37,123 nt of DNA from contig LWCA01000245.1 in the NCBI GenBank assembly GCA_001642005.1, positions 1-37,123 of the forward strand, read 5' to 3'. The notes under the pieces are model-generated. The model was not told the origin of the DNA. It worked only from the letters and a program-made list of their open reading frames with translations, and searched no databases. A program made the translations under genes and the position numbers. Below are positions 24,424 to 37,123 of this stretch, one piece after another. The DNA comes from Intoshia linei. Its lineage: Eukaryota > Animalia > Orthonectida. Within the stretch, counting starts at the first letter, position 1. The number at the start of each line of letters is the position of its first letter.

Positions 24424-25226
24424 ATCCTTTAAAAAAAATATTTACTTTATGGCATTTATTGACTTTATAAATTGTTAATTAGCTAATTAATAAAGATGAT
24501 ATTGATATCATTATGCTTGTAATTTTGTGTTGATTATCATATAAAAAATGGAATTTTGCCATAAAAAACTGCCCTAATTATATCTAATCTTTTTGTTGAT
24601 AATAATAATATCAATTATGTAATTTCACTCATTTAGAAAAAAAATTGATTAATAATTAATTTTAAACTGATTATTTTATTAATGTAATTAAAAAAAATTG
24701 AAAATAGCTTTGTGCACCCCCAAAAATTGAGTATGTACTCCCGGTTTAATAAAGAACTACTGATTTAAGTGTTAAAAGTTGTAATGATTTGTTGTAATTT
24801 ACAACACATGGCCAACTTGACCGGGTCAACTATGAATTTCTAAAATTACCTTACACTAATCTTTAATTTACAATATTTAACTCATTTCGGGCAAACTTGC
24901 AAACATTTCCATGTCATATACAGTCAAACCTATCTAATTTAAATGTAAATCTATTATTTGCCAGATTAATTTTTATTTATACCTTATTTACAAATGATAA
25001 TTAATGTCTGTAAATGTTAATAAAATTACTAATTTTTCAATTTATAATAGTATTTTTAATTTTTGCGACCATCTGGCCAAGACAGCACATACATTATTGC
25101 TCGAACTGTATTCAGTACAGTTGGTGCCACCCCTGCCTATATATCAAAAATTTGATCATATAATATCATTTAAATGTAAATTAGAAGACATTTTTCAAAA
25201 CTATCCGAAATAGGTGTTGTGGACTA

Positions 25227-25507
25227 CAGTGGAATGCGCTTATAAGAGACGTCTAGATATAAGGGATAAAAATCCGCTTATAGTGGACAGTATATAAATA
25301 CAAAATTTTCAAAAGTGCGTTAAAATTTTACAGCCAAATAAATATTTTTATAATTGTGCATTTCTATGAAGAATTGTTATTTTTATATAGAATAGTTACA
25401 CTAAAAATTGATATAGTATATACAGTGGAATCCGCTTATAAGAGACGTCCAGTTATAAGGGACAAATTGCTTGGTCCCGATGCGTCTCTTATAAACAGGT
25501 TTCACTG
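25227..25507. mobile_element. pogo/Tigger-type MITE with duplicated left end (85-bp mini copy at 25423-25507)
   Basis: TA|CAGTGGAATGCGCTTATAAGAGACG, a second TA|CAGTGGAATCCGCTTATAAGAGACG at 25423, and the right end CGTCTCTTATAAACAGGTTTCACTG|TA. Confidence 0.85.
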
Positions 25508-25556
25508 TATAAGTTTTAATAAGTGATCAAATGCATTTTAAAATTTGAGTCATTTA

Positions 25557-26559
25557 TCATTTTTTGTCGCAATCAGTTTTACACGATTCACATTCTTTCC
25601 AATTTTTTTCTGTTTTTGTCATTCTATTTAAGAACCATGGTGGTATCCTATTTGAATTAGACCGTCCTAAACCCATACCTAATCCGATACCGAAACCAAG
25701 TGTAATCGGCCATCTTTTACCTGCAATGTAAATCAATTAAAATAAGTAGTTTCTAAAATTAAAAATTAATTAATTATAATTAAAAAATCAATAATGAATG
25801 TTAAATTGTTTCAAAACATGATTAACATTTTAATAATTAAAATTAATTTTGTTGAGGGTATAATAATGCAATATTAAGTATCATAAATATAAATCAATTA
25901 TTTTAAACTACATGCATTAAATAAAATCATCTTACTCTAATTAACCTAATATTTAATCTTAAGATTAACTAATCTAAACAGTCATTTCAAATAATATAAA
26001 AATTGGCGATTGAGCACTTCTCAAAGGATACATTTTAACCCTTAAGGTTTAGGCTCTTTTAGAATTTTAAATATAAGTGCAATAAACCCCTATAATTAAA
26101 TCACAAATGTCTATACAATTAAATGTTAAAATGTCTAAAATATTTATAAAAATACTCAAATTATAATCAAAATTAAAAATTAACGAAAAAAGTTCATTTT
26201 CACGATCAAAACCACAAATTAATTTTTTTTAAAAAATAATAATTATAATTTATTATTATAGAGGGGTGACTTTAAACAATATGTGTAAATTTTAATAAAA
26301 TGTATAATAATTACGTTTTAATATTAATGAAAATAGTCCACCAATGCCGGTTCCAATTCCTAAATTAATTATTTACAAGAATGAATTAAAAAAATAAAAC
26401 TTTTGTATTACCTGTAGTAATTAATGTTGCAATAAGTTTACATTTCATGGAATGCCTGAATCGTTCCTCACCAGACATTTTTATCACGGGATATTGTGTA
26501 AATTTATTATCTATAGTTTTATCATTTGAAGTTTCCGTATGTTTGTCTAATTCTTTCAT
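25557..26559 (-). CDS. MICOS10: MICOS complex subunit MIC10 (MINOS1), 118 aa, 3 exons
   Basis: Exons 26559-26412, 26359-26315 and 25720-25557 splice cleanly to ...TTGIGTGIGGLFSLILKRKRWPITLGFGIGLGMGLG..., i.e. two Gly-motif TM helices around the basic KRKRWP loop diagnostic of Mic10. Absent from the ORF track. Confidence 0.88.
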
Positions 26560-26629
26560 TTAATTTTACGTATTTATTATGAAACTGGTAAAAACTTGTA
26601 AATTAATATAAATAAATACAATAAAGTTT

Positions 26630-26755
26630 ATGATTAAAATACAATGTGGTTATTACATTTCACGTCGTACAAGCACTGCCGAACCAAGTGTAACAAGACC
26701 TTCTTCGTGGCCTCAGCGAAATTTTTGTAAAATATGTCATCATTTTTCCAAATTG
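26630..26755 (+). pseudogene. Fragment resembling the start of the ZNHIT1/Vps71 HIT zinc finger
   Basis: RPSSWPQRNFCKICHHFSK resembles the ZNHIT1 segment PPSxxPxRxFCxVCGFxS. The remaining Cys pairs are absent. Confidence 0.4.
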
Positions 26756-27599
26756 AACATTAAAAACATTATATTCTTAAATATCATAACTATTTTGTGT
26801 ATTAAATTTAATATTTCAAGACAAGAGCCTTAGGAGAAGTCGAAGAAGAAAAATCGTTTGGACTGTATGACACTATTCATAGTTTGTGAAAAAATTTTTA
26901 GGGTATATAGTTCAATTTCGGGTAGCCTCGAGCTGGGTAGGTTCGGCTCTGCGTAAAATTACAAAATGTTTGGGTTTGTAGGAAAACAATGTCAAGTGCC
27001 ATCTAAAAATAGTTCGTACAACCGTACTAACCGAAACGTATAGTAAAAATAATGATATTGATATGAGATATGGAACCCTTCTTCAAGGGGTCAATAAAAG
27101 GTTAAACAAAAAATACTGCTGCATTATTTCAAATTTACTGTAAAATCAAAATAAGAATAAAATATAAGTTTAATGTTTACATGGTTGAAATTCAACCGTT
27201 GAATATTGTAAATGGCATGGATAATTATCTATTATAATATATAAGATTACCGAGGTTATATTTAAACAAAATGGAAAAAGCGATACTAATGTAATATCAT
27301 TGTAATGGACTTGTAAATATTTTTTTATAATCATTGCATCATTTAAAATTCAATGTCAATGAAAATAACGAAAAATGTAGAAAATCACTACATTATGTGG
27401 TATTATTTTAAGAAATGGAGGCAATATACACTTAAAATTTTAAAATCTAAGGTAATCCTTTAAACGTATCGTTTATTAGCTTTACTGTAATATAATGCTT
27501 ACAAACCGTAGATAGCTTTGCCGAGAACGGTTGTTTCCAGAGACGTTCATTCACTAGAGCGATACATCTTAAAACGACATACATAATCATCGATTTTAA

Positions 27600-27825
27600 T
27601 AAATAATCATATTATTCATTTTTTCCGAAAGTTTTGTGGGATTCTTTAGTGAAATTTTTTTCGCCCAATTGTTAATGATTTTGATAATAATTTTTCGATC
27701 AAAATTTCCAAAAATATAAAAAAAATGTTCTCTTAAAAACGGTAATTTATTTTTTTGGTAGAATAAAAATGTGCCCTCGGCAGAGCTAGGTGCTGTTTGT
27801 ACGTAGTACATAATAGTCAACCTAA
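27600..27825 (+). mobile_element. Helitron family A 3' fragment
   Basis: The last ~75 bp are nearly identical to 12625-12700 and end CTAA|T (CTRR). Confidence 0.75.
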
Positions 27826-28075
27826 TATATGTATAATATGGCTTAACAGTGGGCAATAACCATTGGTCGTTGCATTATTGCCATTTCATTAATTCATATA
27901 ATTATTAATTTTAGAATGTTTTACAAAAAGTTGATAGTTATTATCAATACGTGTCCAAAAGGCGTGCATTTAAAATAATTAAAGATAATTTAGAAACGAA
28001 GAAATTAAACATTTCAAAAGCAGAAAGTTTTTATAAATTGAATTTAAAAAACAAGGTAGTCTATTTATATTTTAA

Positions 28076-28466
28076 TAGAGATAATATAAAGAATGGGAAG
28101 TATTTTATTTGTCAGTATGTAATTACCGAAACTGTCAGTATTTTAATAAAAAATTTTCAGTATAAATATTAAAATATCAGTAATAAAATGTACTTTGTCA
28201 GTATTCAATTACATATTTATCAGTTTTAGTAAGTTTCTAAGTTAAATACTGACAGTATATTTAAAGTACTGACAAAATGATTTTTTTTACTGCTCTTCCA
28301 ATTTAAATACAGACAATAAATTATTTATACTGATACCTTATCAACTGGCATCTAAAATATTGGCAATTTATTATATCGACAGACAAACTATTTAAAATAC
28401 TGACGCTATAAATACAAGGCATAAAGCATAACGATGTAGAATATACATCATCATTGTAGATCTCTA
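28076..28466. repeat. MITE-like element with inverted arrays of TGTCAGTA/TACTGACA
   Basis: TGTCAGTA-type motifs at 28110-28230, complementary TACTGAC at 28248-28405, ends TAGAGAT/ATCTCTA. No TSD. Confidence 0.45.
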
Positions 28467-29400
28467 AAAATACCGATAAAACTTATGATACCGATTATAG
28501 TATATCTTTCGAAAACATCATCGAAATCTTAGATTAATATTTTTATGTGTTCTAGGGTGTATAAGGAATATAACGAAATGTTTTGAAAACATTATCATTT
28601 TTTAACGGACTATATCAAAGAAACGAGTTTTTTCATTTTCTAAAAACGGTATGTTATGGTCATGTTACATCATCAATTATATTATGCATTATTATGATTA
28701 TAGTCATTAATAATTAAATTATCTTAAATAAATTAACATTAACATTTTTTAAATTTTAGACATTTAAAAAATGGAAAAACTATAAAAAACCAGAAACCAA
28801 ATCCACACACATACAATGTAACATAACAGACGAAATGGAATACACAAAGACACCTTCAATGCATGATATATTTTGTAAAATGGATGAATTGCAATCAAAA
28901 TTTGATTATTTATTATCCGAAAAATCAACATCAACATGTGAAACTTGTGAGAGATCTAAAATTTCCATAAATTCAAATAATTCAAAAAACTCTGAAAATT
29001 ATCTAAATTTGGAATTTGAAATTGAACAATTGGTTAAACAATTTATTGTATCTAATGAATCTCATATTTCATACTCAGATTCAATTAACCAAGGTGTAAA
29101 AAATGACTCACACAATTCAATTGACGAAAAAAAAAAAATTGAACCTACTGACAAAAATGAAAATCTAAAACTTGAAACAATGAGTCAATCTAATCATGAA
29201 ATTGATAATCCAATTGATGGCTTTGAAACGGAATTAACATTTAAAAATTCGGATGAAATTAAATATAGTCAAAATAAATACCATATTTTACCAACCCGGG
29301 AAAATGAACAACATTGTCCAATACCACAGCCTAAAATACCTTCATTTTTGAAATATATTGATCCATAATCAATACACATAGTGTTTACTAAAAATTGTCA

Positions 29401-30210
29401 TCCTTACTTATATAAAATTAAAAATTGTATTTATAAATTACCTAAAAATGTATGTTTCTTTAAATGGTTAATGTTTATTTGTCTGTTCCAGTTTATTTAA
29501 AAAAGTAAGAGGAGTTTAGTTTTAAAAATTATAATTTCTATTACAGTTTTTCGAGGGTTTTCTTTATTCACCCATATTTCTTTATTGGAAATGTGTAGAC
29601 GTTCAATGAACATTTTTTTTAATTGTAGTCAATATTTATATTTTAATATAAATATTTGAAAATTATTGGTTGATAATATATTAAAAATTATTTTTCACCG
29701 GGAATGCGTAGATTTCTGGGGTTGAAATTTTGTATTTATATCAACTGGAATAAACTCTATCAGAATAATTTTTTTTTTAATTTTCATACTGTTAATTATT
29801 TCATATTTTTTGTTTTAGTCAAATATTTCGGAAAAAAATATATAAATACTAAAATGCTTTTTTGACCGTGAAGTCGTCACTTAATCGGATTGAAATTTTT
29901 TATGTGTGTTAATTGTAATTTTTTGAAATTCTAGGGCTGTTTTCAATAAAAAAAGAAGGGTAATTTAAGGTTTTAGCCCTGAATATATCTTTTTTTTAAA
30001 TTTAAATTTATGATAACATTTATGATTTTAAAATCCGTATCAGCGTTTATATTTTTTTAAATTCTCGAACTCGTTTCATTTTCAAAAAAAAAGAGATAAT
30101 TGGGGTTTTTGATCCGTAAGATGTGAGTTTGGGAGATTGAAACTTATTTTGCTAACACCCCCGGAAAAAACTGTAATAGAAATGTGGACTTTATAAAATT
30201 GAAACCTGGA
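29401..30210. mobile_element. Composite Helitron family A: plus-strand 5' end joined to a minus-strand body
   Basis: A|TCCTTACTTATATAA at 29401. The stretch 29650-30210 matches 16020-16547 and 1-210 (minus orientation). Confidence 0.75.
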
Positions 30211-30935
30211 AAATGGGTTTTTCTAATAAAAAAAAGTGGACACACTAATGTAAAGTTTACATTACAACTACACTTACACTTACACTTACACGTTAAACAC
30301 TACAATGTACTGAGTCATTAAAGTTAGATTCCAAAATAATTGCTATTATTATTTTGACTTTCTATTACTAATAATTTAGCAGAGCTACCTTGAAGCCCTG
30401 TCGAAATATTTGTGATAATTATTTACATTTACCAAGTATAAAAATAAAAAAATAATTACTATAATTATGAAATGAAAATAAAAGAAATAGTTTATTGAAC
30501 AACCTAACACATAATAAACTTTTCATTTACAATTTACAATTTAGTATAAATATTTGACAAGATATTTTATCAAAAATGTCATGTAAATTAAGGAAAAATA
30601 AAAATTAGGTTAATTTTGGAAAACATCAATTTAATGTCCAATAATTCCAGGTAATATTTAAATGATTAAATTAACTGATAACTACAAGTGAAGTTTAAGT
30701 AATATAAATAAAAAATAATGACAAATTTACATTACAAATGAGATAAATAAATAAATGTTTTTATCAATTTGACCGGGAATACTATTAGTTACATTTTAAT
30801 GAATTTGATGAAAGTTTTTTGAATTAATATAAAGTTTTTAGTTCGTTAAATATTGAAAATAGACATTTATCAAAAAATTACCAACGATTAGGAGTTTATA
30901 ATTCAGATATTGATAATAGCAAAAAAATAAAAAAC

Positions 30936-36389
<5,454 letters not shown>

Positions 36390-36564
36390 TAATTTTATAT
36401 TTATAATTTAAAAAAAGCCACCTACATGCAAAACGGCTTTTTATAATCAAAAGTTGGACACCATATTGTATTTATTTATGAAGCTAGTAACTACTGGAAA
36501 AAACTAGAAACATTCGATTTTTTAATCAATAACAAATTTAATTAAATTTAGCTAAAATGATTTT

Positions 36565-36960
36565 TTGAGTGTGAAGTCGTTGTTATTCGTATTGAAATTT
36601 TTTGTCTGTGTTAACAGGATACAACTGTACCATCTGTAATTTTTTATAAATTCTAGGGCTGTTTTCATTTAAAAAAGAAGGGTAATTTGAGGTTTTGGCC
36701 CTGAAGATATAATTTTTTGAAATTTAAATTTATGGTAATGTTTATAATTTGAAAATCCGTATCAGAGTGTATATTTTTTAAAATTCTTCAACTCGTTTGA
36801 TTTTCAAAAAAAAGGACAATTGGAGTTTTTGACCCGTAAGATGTGAGTTTGGGAGGTTGAAATTTACCATATTATATGTCCCGGAAAAAACTGTAATGGA
36901 AATGTGGACTTTATCAAATTCTAAGACTGGTAGTTATTTCAATAAAGTGAAACACACATC
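36565..36960 (-). mobile_element. Helitron family A copy lacking termini
   Basis: High identity to 1-240, 16235-16547 and 29865-30210. Confidence 0.8.
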
Positions 36961-37123
36961 CACACTAGAGTGTCCCAATTTAACATTATTGTTTGAAATT
37001 CAAAAAGTATTTTTGACTGTATCTCCCATTTTGTATACAATGTAAGATGTCGCTTTTAATTTATAATTGAATCTTAATTTGGTCAGGCGAAGTACGAAAA
37101 TTTTATTTTAAAAAAAAATAATA

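Larger units (their letters stand above)
27062..29368 (+). pseudogene. Decaying or 5'-truncated gene with Sfi1-like (centrin-binding) Trp repeats
   Basis: Phase-0 exons ending 27451, 27915-28055, 28556-28648 (two in-frame TAA) and 28760-29368. Motifs MWYYFKKWRQY, KAESFYKLNLKNK and TFKKWKNY. The upstream frame has many stops. Confidence 0.45.

Noticed and set aside
27062-28648. Alternative nuclear genetic code (TAA/TGA as sense)
   Set aside because: AGAP, MIC10, the orphan gene and a 623-codon exon have no internal stops and end in TAA/TGA where their ends are visible. Stop density at 27.1-27.35 kb is about what AT-rich non-coding DNA gives.
30256-30292. (CTTACA)n run as telomeric repeat or CRISPR-like array
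   Set aside because: Only about four degenerate units with no spacers; an ordinary microsatellite.

Overview
Very AT-rich eukaryotic, most likely animal, genomic DNA with many tiny GT-AG introns (about 35-60 nt) and longer introns filled by non-autonomous transposons. A compact-intron metazoan such as an orthonectid or dicyemid would fit, but this is only an inference. The ORF track is mostly exon fragments, so I spliced gene models by hand. They give: (1) a ~1,640-aa spectrin-repeat rod protein (minus, 458-12865) with an in-frame TGA in its best-fitting splice path; (2) a decayed secreted-protein-like ORF (14203); (3) a 545-aa orphan (minus, 15097-19266); (4) a CD225/dispanin protein (22798-23435); (5) MICOS subunit MIC10 (minus, 25557-26559); (6) a ZNHIT1-like fragment and a decaying Sfi1-repeat-like gene (26630-29368); (7) AGAP/centaurin-gamma (30936 onward, running off the window) with a non-canonical P-loop. 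Mobile DNA includes about nine copies or pieces of a non-autonomous Helitron family and several hAT, Tc1/pogo and piggyBac MITEs. A four-layer nest at 19.6-22.4 kb holds a Gypsy integrase plus 3' LTR and a tRNA-like sequence. I found no CRISPR, rRNA or prokaryotic system, and no clearly novel system is proven. The best leads are listed as findings.
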